A DNA stretch of 64,000 nucleotides from Somniosus microcephalus (taxonomy: Eukaryota): assembly GCA_052327205.1 (NCBI GenBank), contig CM126226.1, positions 54,622,001 to 54,686,000 of the forward strand. Reading direction: 5' to 3'. Position numbers and translations under genes: made by a program. Shown here one piece after another: positions 35,869 to 50,220 of the stretch (the first letter of the stretch is position 1; each line of letters begins with the position of its first letter). The notes below the pieces were generated by a model, which saw only the letters and a program-made list of their open reading frames with translations, was not told the DNA's origin and did not search any database.

Positions 35869-36859
35869 CCGCTTAATCTGAAAGCGTTCACAGAATTACC
35901 AGCAATACGTTTTAAATAGACACTCAAAAGTGCAAACACAAATAGGAATACACCAACATGAATCACACTAGTTTGAGCTTCGTTATGTAAAGTGACACTC
36001 TAATTCCAAACAAACGGTAATAGCCTGGAACACAAATTTATCATTCCCATCAGTCACCGTAGTTTGGTTGCGCTTACTCCCAGTTATACGATTACCAGAG
36101 AATGGCTGCAATTCTCCGCTGGAGTTTGAAATGCCTCTTCAAAAACCCACTAACTTCTCCACTAAAAAGCATGGTAAGAAACACTTCATGTTTGATAAAA
36201 GCATTACTTAATGATTCTGCGTCTGCATTCTTTGTAGATCGATACAAACAGGCTTCACCTTCTCAGAGAAAAGAGGAACAGAGGGAATTCTTAAAAGATG
36301 CTAGAGATCCTATATCTCCCATTGGAAAATAAAATCAAACACTCCAAGCCATTAATTTAATTTTAATAATTTACAACTGTTGGAAAATCCCAGAGACCCA
36401 TGATGCCAGAAAACCCCCCAGAAATGTAACTTATTTTTCTGAGTTTCAAAATGAACGGTTAGCCAGAAGTCTCTACATGCTAAAATGACACTGCACCAAC
36501 TTATCTAATCCCCAGTTGGCAGCACCAGTCTTGTGAACTCAGATGAGGCTGAGCCCATGCCTTCTGATTCTACCTTCAAAAAGGGTTTTCCTCTTCTCCC
36601 CAACTACAATATTAGTGTCAAAAGAGGAACTTCCACCGAGTAGCAGATCATCTCAGGCATTTTCCTTCATATCCTGGTGAACATATACAACCAACACCAG
36701 TCCAAATAGTAGACCTTTACTGGCAGTGCAACCCTTCCAAGTTGAAACTATTTTATCAGACATTCCCCTTCATCAAGTTATGCATCTGCTGGGTTGGATT
36801 CTTATACCAGGAATGGGTTACAAATTTAGTTGCTTCATCTTAAAAGCTGTCCAGCTGGA

Positions 36860-37190
36860 CCTGGGTGGCAGTGGGTTAAACACTGGACATTCATGTCTGG
36901 GCCCTGGGTTCAAACACATGTCAGACTTACGAGATGAAAATCTCCTCTGTCTGATGGTTGGATGTTAAGTCTCAAGCCAGCTCCTCAGGGCCATGGGCCT
37001 ACAGCACAAATCTACCCCTCATTAAGCACTAACTGCCAAATTGACTCAGAGGCCACAGGATGGCTGGTATGGGAGATGGAAAAATGCCACACGGGTACAG
37101 TACAGTGCTTTTCTGAGGATGGGGCCAAGACATATTGGGACACAGTAGAAGGAGCTTTCCTCTGCATCTCACTGTGCTATACTTGATCTG
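36860..37190 (+). mobile_element. Old tRNA-derived SINE (LF-SINE-like)
   Basis: A/B-box-like GTGGCAGTGGGTTAA...GGGTTCAAAC and tail GGAGCTTTCCTCTGCATCT. Confidence 0.4.
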
Positions 37191-37528
37191 CACAATGCTG
37201 ACACCAGCTGCCTGAGAGAAGAGTTTCTTTTCCCAGGAGTAACATCTTCACCTTGAGCACAATCTTTTTTTAATGGCCCAGAAAGGTATCTACTTGCTTG
37301 CCAAAGACTTTTCCAATCAATCTTTTCTGTAGAACCTTGACCAACTGTTGTAGAAAATACCAAGCAAGACAGCTTCTCCATCAGTTTGTTCCCGCTTAGT
37401 GTTGCTTGAAGCACTTTGAAACTACTAGGGTGGGAGGAGGCTTGTGTGGAGCATAATTACCAGCAGACCAGTTGGGCCAAGTGGCCTGTTTCTGTGCTAT
37501 AAATTCTATGTAATATGTAAATGCACTT

Positions 37529-37900
37529 ATCCCACTCCAGAGACTTGAGCACATAAATCTAGGCTGACACTCAAGTGTAGTGCTAAGGGGGTGCTGCACT
37601 GTCGGAGGGGCCGTCTTTCGGATGAGACGTTAAACCGAGGCCTCGTCTGCTCTCTCAGGTGGACATAAAAGATCCTGTGTCACTATTTTGAAGAAGAGCA
37701 GGGGAGTTATCCCTGGTGTCTTGGCCAATATTTATCCCTGAATCGACATCACTAAAACAGATTATCTGGTCATTATTTTGAGAGAGCTTGCTGTACTTTT
37801 CACATTACAACAGTGACTACACTCCAAAAGTACTTCATTGGCTGTAAAGTGCAGAGAGACATCCGGTGGCAGTGAAAGGCGCTATATCTGTCTTTCTTTC
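37529..37900 (+). mobile_element. SacSINE1-like DeuSINE, 5' truncated
   Basis: Colinear with 446-900 from CCCACTCCAGAGACTTGAGCAC onward. Confidence 0.85.
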
Positions 37901-38719
37901 CTTTATGTACATAAGCAGTAGTTGAACCAGTCGGGGCACATTGCACACAAATTTCAGCAACATCTGAAACTGCAAGGTACCGATCATCCAGCCACGGAAC
38001 CTTTGCTGCGGATAGGTAATCTGTACTGTGGGCATGACCGACCATAGGGAAGTCAGCTGCTGACCAGGCAAACAAGTTTTGTGGTTAATGAGCACCATAA
38101 AGCTTCTCGTTCAAAGCCAAAGCTTCCTATAAATTTTCAGTCTCGGACTGATTTCTACCTCGACTGGGGACAAAGGCCTGGAATTCTCTGGCCTGTAGAA
38201 ATAAACATTTACCAGGTCTCCGATAGAATGTTTGCTGGAAGGTAAGTGTTCAAGAACATCGGTTCCCAAGAAGGCAGTGTACATAAAATATTTAAGCCAG
38301 AAAGCCCTTTGAGAGCTCTGACTTGCTTACCACAGGTTGAATAATTTCAATTAAACCACTGGTCTGCAATTTGGGTGAGGGGGTTTCAACTGCAAGGGAG
38401 GCAGATAAACAACCAAGCTAATCAGCCCCACCAAATAATACTCCCTACTGGCCAATCACAATGGAACATGAACAGTAGGCCAGAACACTCACTTCTGTCC
38501 CCCCCAAGTCCCAAATGACAGCACGCCACGATACTGAACTTGCTATACAGGAATTTGCAGACAAACCCACAATCTACCCTTCACAGTAAAGTGTAAAGAT
38601 ACATCAATGCGCTGCCATTCCTTTCAAGTTTAATTTCTAAAAATCTGTCTACTTGTGAATTCAAACCAAATTAAAATGCAATAGTTGTGCACGTGTGGGG
38701 CAGCTGATGCAATACTCAC

Positions 38720-38776
38720 TCTGATCTGATTCTTCAGTTGCTCGGCCTCCTGACGTAACTGGTCCAGCTCACTCAT
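38720..38776 (-). CDS. GNB1: GNB1 coding exon 1 (MSELDQLRQEAEQLKNQIR); exon extends with 5'UTR to 38827
   Basis: ATG at 38776-38774, 57 coding nt, donor GTGAGT, acceptor tttctttttag before 38827; peptide matches the G-beta-1 N-terminus. Confidence 0.97.
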
Positions 38777-39756
38777 TTTCCTGTACTAAACTCGTGCTTT
38801 ATTGCCTCCACTGGGACACTCCGATATCTAAAAAGAAACAGTAGCATGTCACATACTCGGACAATGATCAGAGATCGGAGGAAAAAGTCCATACATAGCT
38901 GAAATGTACTAGAGGAGTTAACAATAAAGACAAAGAACTGCAAGACAGATTTTTTAAAAAGCTATCACTTTTTTAGCCATTACCAAAAATTCATAAGGAA
39001 AATGTATGGGACCCAACGGTGATCAAAATGCGTCAACTGAGAATTGACTTAAATTTTATTACACATTTTTCTAGTCTCTTGATTTATATACACTGAATAT
39101 ATATCAAACAGATTAACAAAAATATAGATCTATTCTACAGATACAACATGTTGGAACACCCAAAAGTTTCAAAAGAGTCCTGCATTGCTGTTTTTTTCTA
39201 AATGCTCTTGGCACCGAGGGGGAAGAACTACAATCAACCAGGAAATCTTTACAACTTTTCAGTTGTTACATACTCAATTCTTTTTATGGGTTTCTAAAGG
39301 TCAGCTTGTCCTAATGGTACAACACTTCTACAGTCTAGTCCATTCGCTAGGTGTGTATGGCTGCGTCTTTCTCCGCGCTATAATTCACTCGGGCTCAGTG
39401 TTGTTGATGCTACTGCTAAGCCAAATCGGTTTAACGAAAATCTGCTGATTATACAAACCCGCCACAATCCATGACCCAAATCCACTTACTGTCATAAGAC
39501 ACTCAATTTAGATTTATGCTGTTGCCTCTCTCTCTCTGAAGCCAATTGAAAGTTGGCATTTAGACGGAACAATATCCAGGTTCCATTCATAGCTGGAGGT
39601 GAAATCACTCGAGATGTTATTTTCTGAGAAACTAGAAATATGAAAGTCATTTCTGTTCCTTTCTTTTCCTCTACCCAAACCTGGGCAAAGAATCTACTTG
39701 GCATTTGACGGACATTGACAAATCAACAAATTCTGTTAGCTGAAATGAATGCCAGA

Positions 39757-40430
39757 GTCATAACAGCACAGAAGGAGGCTGTTCGGCCCATCAAGTCCAT
39801 GCCGGCTCTCTGTAGAGCAATCCAGTCAGTCCCATTCCCCCGCTCTATCTCCGTAGCCCTGCAAGTTTATTTCCCCCAAGTGCCTATCCAGTCTCCCCTT
39901 GAAAACATGGAGTGTCTCCGCTTCCACCACGTCCGTCGGCAGCGAGTTCCAGGTCCTCACCACTCACTGCGTAAAAAAGTTTTTCCTCACATCCCCCCTG
40001 TATCTCTTGCCCAAAACCTTAAATCTGTGTCCCCTAGTCCTTGTACCATCAACTAGTGGGAACAGCCTTTCCCCGTCTAGCCTATCCAAACCTGTCATCA
40101 TCTTGTACACCTCGATCAAATCACCCCTCAACCTCCTTTGCTCTAATGAAAACAAATCCAGCTTCTCCAACCTGGCCTTGTAGCCAAGATCTCCCATCCC
40201 CGGAACCATTCTGGTAAATCTCCTCTGCACCCTCTCAAGGGCCTTCACATCCTTCCTAAAGTGTGGTGACCAGAACTGGACGCAATACTCCAGTTGTGGC
40301 CTAACCAGCACTTTATAAAGGTTCAGCATAACTTCTCTACTTTTGTACTCAATACCTCTATTTATGAAGCCCAAGATCCCATATGCTTTGCTAACCACTC
40401 TCTCAATATGTCCCACCAACTTCAGGGACC
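39757..40430 (-). mobile_element. CR1 LINE ORF2 3' fragment
   Basis: LYKVLVRPQLEYCVQFWSPH...LERVQRRFTRM. Confidence 0.93.
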
Positions 40431-40794
40431 AATGACTAATTTTGCCATCATTTACATTAAAAATACAATGGGTAAGTCATGTGCGCAGCTCCAACCGGAC
40501 TTGTTCAGGTACTACACTTTTTGTTAGAAGGCGCCCACTTTGAAGAGTTTCTTAAAAAATCCAAACTACAGAAGCGAACCTCACCAACGAAACTTCTCAA
40601 CCATTAAGATTACTTTCCAGTTAAAGAAACAAACTGGCAATAACAGTTTTAGGCAAAAAGTTAGGCATCTGTTTTTAATTCTCATTGAACAATTCAGTAT
40701 TTTTGTTATTACAGATGAAACTTTATAATATGAACTTAAATCTAACTATGGTTGACAAAACTGTCACTGCCCTACTCACCAAGATGCCAGTTCT

Positions 40795-41135
40795 CACAGA
40801 AACCCCACAGTGCAGATAGAGGCCATTTCGGCCCATCGAGCCTGCACCGACACATATCCCACCCGATCCCCGTAACCCCTACACCAACACATATCCCACC
40901 CGATCCCCGTAACCCCACGTATTTAATCCCCCTAACACTAAGGGTCAATTTATCATAGCCAATCAACCTAACCCGCACATCTTTGGACTGTGGGAGGAAA
41001 CCGGAGCACCCGGAGGAAACCCACGCAAACACGGGGAGAATGTGCAAACTCCACACAGACAGTCGCCCGAGGCCGGATTCGAACCCGGGTCTCTGGCGCT
41101 GTGAGGCAACAGTGCTAACCACTATGCCACCGTGC
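40795..41135 (-). mobile_element. HE1-type V-SINE, full length
   Basis: Near-identical to 17672-18010. Confidence 0.9.
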
Positions 41136-43349
41136 TATTTGAAGTAAATAGCTGGAGCAGTACTGCACCAGAATTAAGTCTCAACTGCAAACTGGCTTCT
41201 AACCGGCATGTTGATTGGCCCATTCTCCTAAACTGGGTTTGTGGCTAGGCAATGACACCAATCCTTTAATCTTTTTATGAAAAAATATGCCAGGGTTAAT
41301 GCCATCAGAACAAGATTTAATCCATAGGGCTGTCAGTACCATTTACTGCTCAGTGTAGTGAATGACCTCTATCATTTTAATCACACTAATTTACTCACAG
41401 TGTTGCTTTAACTTTCAGTAGCTGATACATCTAGACGGCTCCAATATACAATGGAGGTCAAATTTGGGCCTTGCTAGGTTACTAATGCTATTAACTCCTA
41501 TCAACTGGGCCAGTGTTATAGTCCAATGATTCAATGTGTTCAGTCTCTCCTATAATGCAGTCAGTCATTGGTTCCATGTAATGCTTACTGTACTGGCCCA
41601 TGGACTACAATCAGATCTGGTTTATTCAATACATTTGGAAACCCAAATTTTGTTTTGAATGCAAGTCACTGGATTAAGTAAATGTGACTATTTTCAGAAC
41701 TAAGTAGCGAGAGCCCCAGGAGTGGTCCAACAACCCCTTTCAAAGTCTGTACAACAATTGTGGTGACAGTCTTTAGAACTGCTGAGACCTACCTGACAAG
41801 TTGTTATTAGTAAAATTCATGTTCTAGCATCAAGATGTCTCGTAAAGTAAATTAAAAGTTGCAGCCAGTGAGTGGAGAGCAATTTGAACAAACTCTGTTC
41901 ACTGGCCAAACATACAGAACCCAGCTGGCACCCAACAATGTGCTCTCCTCCCAGTGACACACAGACACTTAAAGCTAAATTAGAGATACTGCAAGGGCTT
42001 CAGCTTTTGTCGGTGCTGGATTTAAATATTCCTTGCTTGAAAACAGCAGATATTAAGAATTGAAACATTTAAAACCAGTGCCCAGAGAGCTGGAAACCCT
42101 CACAATTATTTTTAAATAATTTAACTGTAGCTGTCATTTGCATATTTTCATTTATATATGCCAGTGAGAAAATACATGGTTGAGTGCACAATAACAAGCT
42201 GATCTTTAAAAATGTGCTCTCATCCTACTGGCTGCAGCTTCGCATTTATTTAAGATATCCCTATTAATAAATTTTTGGTATAATGTGAACATGGTCAGTA
42301 ATGTGTAAACAGTTGTAAAGAGTATTATATCAGGTCTGAAGTACAAACTATGAATAAGTCAATTGCCAGGTCTGCCAGACACTTTTAAGATGGCTGGTCT
42401 AAATGTTTGTTTAAACAACCTCATTAGGCACAGCCAGTTCAGTGTCAAGTGACTATTAAGTATCAGTTTTCATCACACTCATTCTGCACAGTCCAGATAG
42501 GTTTTAAGTATTCGGATTAACAAACTAAAAACAATGGGAATGAGTGAGCCGATATCAAATTAACTCAATTTGGAGGCAGAGGTTTACAGATTATCCAATA
42601 ACAATACAATATGTATTGGCAATGGCAAAGTAATTTGGATCCCCAGGCATATGGTTTAATGTAGTGGTTCTCATTGGGTGCAGTGCAGTGACACACCCAG
42701 GCCCCATCATACAAACACTAACATTTTGAGGGGGTGTTTTAAAGGGATGCTTAGTCACTAAATCTATGACCGTGCTCTTACAGCCAGGAAATGTCTGCCT
42801 GCTGCAATCACTATTTTGAGCTGCTGTTCTTGCATTCCCCCCAACTATACTCAGACTGGCTCAAACTGGATTGGTCAACATGGGTTACACACAATGGCCG
42901 ATTTGGGAAGAGATGATATGGTGACATACAAAGAGGAATTGAGAATGGGAATGGAGGAAAAAAAATAAAATTAAAAGCGAGGAAATAGAAAAGGAAAAGA
43001 AAATGGAGAGAGGTGGATACTGAGATAAAGAACAAATCAGGAAAAAAATACCCTTTATTCAAATTCACAATGGATCTTTATGACTCAACCCCAAAGAAAG
43101 TGGGCAATTATCACCCAGTCACTTCGTGAGCATCAGATACAAGTCAAACTTTAAGCCTGACTGGATCAAGGAGTAACATTTCTTTTGAAGGACAAACGTT
43201 GCCCCACACTCTTGATCATGCTCACTATAGGAAGACAATAAGATGGCACTAACAGGGTAGGGCAGGTTTTGGTACTTTTGAAAATGACTAGAAAGGAAAG
43301 GTTTAAAAAAGGACTGCAAGAACCATCCCCCAAATTCAGCAGCAGAGTG

Positions 43350-43635
43350 TTCATAGAGCGCTGGCACAGGAGGAGGCCATTCAGCCCATCGAGTCGGTGC
43401 CGGCTCTCTGTAGAACAATCCAGTCAGTCCCATTCCCCTGCTCTATCCCCGTACTCCAGCAAGTTTATTTCCCTCAAGTGCCTATCCAGTCTCCCCTTGA
43501 AAACATTGAGTGTCTCCGCTTCCACCACTTCCGTCGGCAGCGAGTTCCAGGTCCTCACCACTCGCTGCGTAAAAAAGTTTTTCCTCACATCCCCCCTGTA
43601 TCTTTTGCCCAAAACCTTAAATCTGTGTCCCCTAA
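43350..43635 (-). mobile_element. CR1 LINE 3' fragment, same subfamily as 39757-40430
   Basis: [26 protein letters not shown]. Confidence 0.9.
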
Positions 43636-44034
43636 ATATTCCAAGAAAAGGAACTAGAGGGGTGTGGAAAAATAAATACCCAATGGTTGCTTCTTCCAGC
43701 TGGAAGAGCTTGAATATTACTGATGTAATGTACTGCAGATTAACCACGTCTGACTGTTTTAATTGCATCATATATTATAACCAAAATGTTGGACTCTCAA
43801 AACCTTTTAAAGGATGGAGTTTAAGTGAATAAATTTTACTAAATGTGTTAATCTATTGAAAAATCAACATTCCCAGTACAATCTTAAAATTCTCTCTTTA
43901 AAAAAGCCATTTAAATGCACTTCGAGATATGAATGAAAAAAATCTGAACACTATAAAAGTTTAAACCAGTTAACTTGAAGCTGAAGGCCAATAAAAGCTC
44001 TCTCATTAGTAACAGAGACATTATAATACCACTC

Positions 44035-44224
44035 AAACAAAAGAAAAACACTGCGGATGCTGGAAATCTCAAACAGAAAATGCTGGAAATACTCAGGTCA
44101 GGCAGCATCTGTAGAGAGAGGAGTGTTTACGTTTCGCTCTGATAAAAGGAAAAGTTAACTCTTTCTCTCTCCACAGATGCTGCCTGACCTGCTGAGTATT
44201 TCCAGCATTTTCTGTTTTTATTTC
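44035..44224. mobile_element. Penelope-like fold-back element, different subfamily
   Basis: CAGAAAATGCTGGAAATACTCAG...CTGAGTATTTCCAGCATTTTCTG; degenerate 12-bp flanking repeat. Confidence 0.75.
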
Positions 44225-47200
44225 ACAATACTACTCGCCTGGCATCAAACTGATAACCACTTCTGGTGTGCGTTGGGAGGAAAAGTGGACAAAAAAGGTT
44301 GGAAATGTGAACCAATTAGGGTGGTCTGTTCTTTCACAATAGTCACCAAACTGAGACAAATTAGGTTTCTATTTAATACAAACAGCAGATCAGATACATA
44401 TTATGGTAATGCCATGTTAATCATTTTCCCAATTCTACTTCACATTATCTAATCAACACATTATTCAATTCACTGATGGTATCACTCAACAGCATATATT
44501 TATGAATGCCACAAAGCAGTTCCACACTCATTAGGTCCAAGTGGGTATGAATATTAATTTTGTCATGAAACAGATATTTTCAATCTAGCATAAATTTTAG
44601 CTTCAATTTGCTTTCATGGGAGTTATTCTTTTAAAGTCAGGTTCAAATAGTGCTTTTAATGTGTATTTTAAGGTGAGTTATTAATTCTCCCAAGTTCCCT
44701 ACATAAATGGCTTCAGCCTTATTTAGGGCATTTTATTCTCATCATTGGGTGGGGCATATAAATTCAAAGTGTTGTTTATATGGACACCAGCAGGGGTTTA
44801 GTGCCACCTATTCCTGAAGCACAGGTCTCGTGCAGCCAGCGATAACCCCAATATAAACTTGGTGGAATTACCATGGCCAACCCAGGAAGATCCACTTTTT
44901 CAACCAGGTCTCCCTGGACTAATCCGGCAGGTTTACATTATTGCTGCAGGCAATGCGATCGCACGCTTTGGGAACTAGTAGTGCAAACACCCCAACACCA
45001 CCCAATATAAAAGCAGCTTAACTAATGACACCAGCAACTCTGGCCAAGGCCTCCAGATTTAGCCTGACACTTTTCTCTACATGTGCAGAGTGCTGGACGA
45101 GATGCGAAAGCGGCAAAATTGGTGGGCAAGCACCTAGATGGACTCATGTGCTACTGTAAGTAATCATCAATTGGCTATTTCTGAATTGCTTTCTGGGCTT
45201 AAGATTCACCCGTGGGAGTTCATCACCTAGGCCATTTCAAAACCTCAAGAATCTAATAGTATAAACAGGCAACAGTCTCAACTAATACATAACACAAAAA
45301 TGTCTGAATACTCCCGTGCAAAGGTAAATTAAAAAATTTAAATGAAGGACAGTGAATTGTCTTATTTCTACAATAAACCTAAAACAATAATGGGAACTGG
45401 AGGTTTAAATTCTATCAAAATAATTTTGCTCTGTTCAAGTTATTGCTGTTTAAAATAATGATAATGCCTCATTGGTATCCAGTGATCCCCGATACATGTG
45501 GACACAGGTTTAGGTTCAGTTATGAACCCTATTCAAATTGCCCTCTAATGCTGACGAGGGCTAACGTGAGGCATGGCAATATCAAAGAGCTGCTAAAACA
45601 CGCACGGAACCACACCTAGAACGAGTCTCTGCCATCAGCATTTGTACAGTGCCTTTCATGTCCTCAACACTTCACAAAGCGTCAGCCGATTAAGTGTTAT
45701 TTCAGATTTCTTTTCAAGTGTGGTCATTGTTGTATTCACACAAATTTAGCAGCCAATCTGCACAAAGCAGTATCTGTCAAACAGCAATGGCTAGATAATC
45801 ACAGTAAGCAGTGTAATGTGAGATGGCCTACATTCCACCGCTCGCAACCTGAGAAAGCTCCAAATTTTAATACCAATGTTTAAACCGTTGTTTGTATTTC
45901 GACTGAAAGCCACTGGACTACAGGATTCAGAAAAGCTAACTCAGAATCTACAGAGACATTCTTTAAAGTACAGCCAAATAAAATAAATTTAGGGTAGAAA
46001 CTACACTCCCCACCATACAGTGATGCCAACATACAAAGTCCAGAGGCGAGAGATCACACGCATGAGTGCGTAGTCCAGAAATTAGTTTTGATACCACTCT
46101 GTAGGAAAGGTACGCAGAGACACAAATATTTAAGAGTCACTCAAATATAAAATCTTGTTTAAATTATATTTTAAAAATTTACTTAAGATACCAAACATAG
46201 TCATCAGCTAGAGGTTTAAATATATCAACATGTGCAAAGTTTAATTTGACTTTGTATTTCCTTTGGTGAGCAAGAACTAGCACAGCAGGATGGGTAGAGG
46301 TAAAACAGCTGCACAGAGTTGGCGGTGGAAGCAGAGGCATTTATTCAATTTGTGCTTTCTGATTCATGGCATTGACAAAGTTAGGTCACGATAGCATCCT
46401 AACAAAATGCTCCACGAACCAGCAAATTCAAATTATGCTGGAGTCGGGTCACAGCACAAATAAGGTATTACAGTATTTTTGGACCAAAGCAAAGGGTTGC
46501 TGTGCTTCAAAAATAAGTATTTTGAATTTATCCCAGGCGACAATGCAAGCTAGCCAATTGCACTTCACAATGAAAGTTAAAATTACTACAATTTACATGT
46601 AGTTAGAGTTTGCACCAAAAACTCCAGCAGAGGCCTAGATAACTCACAGTGGAGAGGTTACCAAGCTATCCTTCCTTAAAATTCAAATGCAAATTTACCA
46701 ATTGCTTAATATTTTTAAGTTGTCACTTGGACCAGCAATTACAGTAACTCCAACAATGTAACAGTGATATTGAAAATCTTAAGCAATGTTAACTGGTTAA
46801 TTGTGATGCCACTCCATTTGTTGGCACTGATAAATCGACTGACTGCTTGACTTCAATGCTGTGATACAAGTTCAATATTCGACTGTTCTACAGAACTTTT
46901 TAAATACACAATCTTTTTGATCCCCTCCCAATGCTAGCCACCTCATTACAAACATGTACTATTACATGTCCAACTGAACATGAGGTGTGCATGCTGGGAG
47001 CAGATGGGCAAGTTTAAGTGAAGCATTACTGAAAACTGAGCCTGGAAATAACGGATGTAGTCTGAGCCTAGTAATTACTGAAATGCCAGACTGCTCAATC
47101 TCCAGATTGGCTCCATAATTCCCCCCCCCCCTGCACCCACCCCCCCCCCCAAATGGTCACTCTTTATATGCCCTATCTGGTCTGCTTGAGTTTTGATTTT

Positions 47201-49369
47201 ATACTTAATCTGCTCACAGAATTGCTGAATCAGTGCAGATCCCACTACTTCATGGCACAAGATCATTGCCTTCTTACTTTTCAGCTGATCACAAGTTATG
47301 AGTGCCCAGTTACTGAATTACTGGTCAAACTTCAGCAGAAACCTGTGCCATGTCTGAATTTCAGTGAAGTTTTAGCAAGCTCTTCAAACTATCTATATTG
47401 TAAGGTTTGAGCTCCAGAATCCTCCAGTCTCTAAAGTGAACAGCCCTGAAACAAGCATTACTCTCTCCATCCAGTACAGCTCTTTGGCTCGGACTGATTT
47501 TTTAAAATTAGTTACAGGTACAGCAGCAACACACATGCAGGGTGAAAACAAGCACACAATCCTTTGCTATGACTACCTCTAGAAAACATCACATTTCTAA
47601 AAGCATATTCTAAACATTAGCTTTCAGATTTTGGCCACAAGATGCTGTTCAAAATGCTAACCTCAGATTAAATGGGAGACACAACCCTTCTCACTCTGGA
47701 CCTAGGAAAGCACAACTGCGCAAGCTCACGAACAAACTGTAGCATACCAGGGGCAGAAAAAAAAATCAGCTATAGAGCGCGAAACACTGGTCGTGAAAAT
47801 GTCCTAACAAAATGCCACTTACTCCTTACACATTCCATACAAACTAAAATGCAGATCGTCCCCCACCTGCCGAAGAACTATTGTAAAGCACACAATGAAA
47901 AGGGTGGTTGCAGCAGTTTTTCATTCAAGTTAGGCATCTTGAGCCCTATAATGGAACTCTTAGTGCCACAGAAAGCTTTTTCCACTTACAGCTTTCTGTT
48001 ATATCTGCATTTTGGATAGATATTTGGTAGAAAAAACAACTGAGGGGTATGAACTCTAGAATAGTATAATTTTTTTTACTTTGCCATTTGGACTGCAATG
48101 GTCTCTTCCAACCTATACATTACTACACTCCTATCCTCGGCATCCAGGTGAGATTAAAGAGTTACTACCATTGCTTCTGTCTGTCAACTACAAAAATGAA
48201 CACAACCGCGAGCAGATATTTTGTCTTCAACAAAATCAATTCAGCGATATCTTGTTTAGTGGCTTTTCCATTTCTTGACCACAGGTGATACTTGAAGATG
48301 CCATACACCTTCCTATTAAGTAAAGTATAAAGATCCTCTTCCTGATTCCTTGTCAGCATTGGATTTTTTTTTTTGATTGGGTGGGGGGGGGGGGGAGAAA
48401 GAGAGAAAAAAACAAGGACTCCTTAACCTTGATTGTTAGCAAATGACCACTGTTAAAAAGTGCATATGTGGATGATGAATGAGATTCAATGCCCCTCGTC
48501 ACAACAACAGCCCAGCACTATCTAGTTTCATGCAGGAAAATGGCCAATTCAACAAAGTACAGGTCTGCCAACACCCATGGAACTACAGTATGTCAGGAGT
48601 CATTATCTTCTGAAGGGATTAGGGTGGGGGGGGGGGGGGGGGGAGAAAAAGAGTTGGAGATATGAAATTCCCTCTTCTTCACATATGAACTGATCTCCCA
48701 AAGTAACATGCTTCAGGAAGGGCTGGTTAGGAACAGTAGGAGAAGCCAACCTTACAATGTTTTGAGATAGAAGCAAATGTTCTCCAAAGTTGCATTCAAA
48801 TCGGCTTTTGTTATGACAACAGGTCTTGCTGAACAGCATAATGTAGATGGAATGAGAAAAGGCAAGCTAGCCCATCAAACTGGTTCTCTCCACAAAATGT
48901 CAACAGGTGTGATGTAGACAAATTATTTTAGTTATATGTGCTTTACTGATGTCTACATATGCCAAATTCCCAACATAAATTATGACTAGATCTGGAATAT
49001 GCCCAATCTTCATCAAGATTGAGAAAAATTCAATTAGCACATTTACAATTTTGATCCTTCATATTTCTAATTTTAAAAGGTTTCAAAGTTTAACACTAAT
49101 GTAGCTAAACCAGAAAGTAAAATGCAGATTATCCTTCTCTTTTTAATCAATTGAGAGCAAAATAAAGATCGTGACATACATAGGTGACTAAGATAGAAGC
49201 TGAAATATTATAAACAAACGTAAAAATTAAAAACCAAGGAATTTTTATCATAATGGAAAAATTTGGCATTCCTCAAATATAAAATTAGTTTTTCATTGCC
49301 AGAACAGTTGTTCAGCAGTAGTTATGACTCAGTACGCTGTTAAAAACCCAGTTACACCTCACTGAACAT

Positions 49370-50220
49370 GGATTAATTTTTCTGGAGTTTTTTTAAGTGA
49401 TATTACAGCGTCAAAGGGGAAGTTCTCGTCAGTTCAGTGATTTCAATTGATTGGCGTCTGTGGGGTCTTCAACCCTGTGGAGGAGCAGGGAACGGCGGAT
49501 AGCAACTTCTGGATTTGCGTGTTTAACTGTGCATGTGCGGATGACAGAAGTTGCTGTCAGTTTCACATTTGTAATGACAGTGAGCGCTGACAGTTTCGTC
49601 GTCATTAGCACCACAAATCCCAGGCTGGAATGTACACAGACTGCAACTCCTCAGCTCGTTAACGAGACTACAAAGGAGATGCTGGCCTGAAGTTTTCACA
49701 CGATTTCCACCCAGATATCAGCAGAGCTGAGCCGGCAACAGTGAGGCGGCGGCCGCGGTGACGAGGAGGACGGAGCGGCTGAGGGACATCGTGCTCCCAC
49801 TGCCACTGGATGCCATTGAATTGACTTTCTGAACACGGCATTGTAAGAATAGCTGACGTGTCCCTACGGGGAGTAAGCATTCCATTGTACTAGTTACATA
49901 TGGCAAATAAAATTGAATTGAATTGAATTAATCTTGGCAGAATCGAATGAAATAGTGTTAAAGATTTCAGAATTAAGGGCAAGTGAGCTGCGTCCATACT
50001 CATTTTACGCTGGAGTATCCGCGATCTTTTATTGCTGGTATAAAAGCCCATTTGCCCGAAGCAGTCCCCACCCACAAAACTGGCCACACCCTCAGGCTGG
50101 AATGCAGTTTCCTCCAATTGTGGCGATTCGAGGAGTGTTCATTATACTGTGCCTGACAAGCACCTGTGGTTACAGTGTTAAGCACCTGACATGCAATGAT
50201 CAGGCAGTCAATTGAAGCCT
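49370..50220. mobile_element. Cluster of probable MITE remnants
   Basis: Hairpin GCAACTTCTG...CAGAAGTTGC around GCATGTGCG, similar in layout to 2087-2141; locally CpG-rich. Confidence 0.35.

Noticed and set aside
49683-49870. GNB1 promoter CpG island
   Set aside because: Short, embedded in MITE-like sequence, and no convincing first-exon donor; the true promoter is probably outside the window
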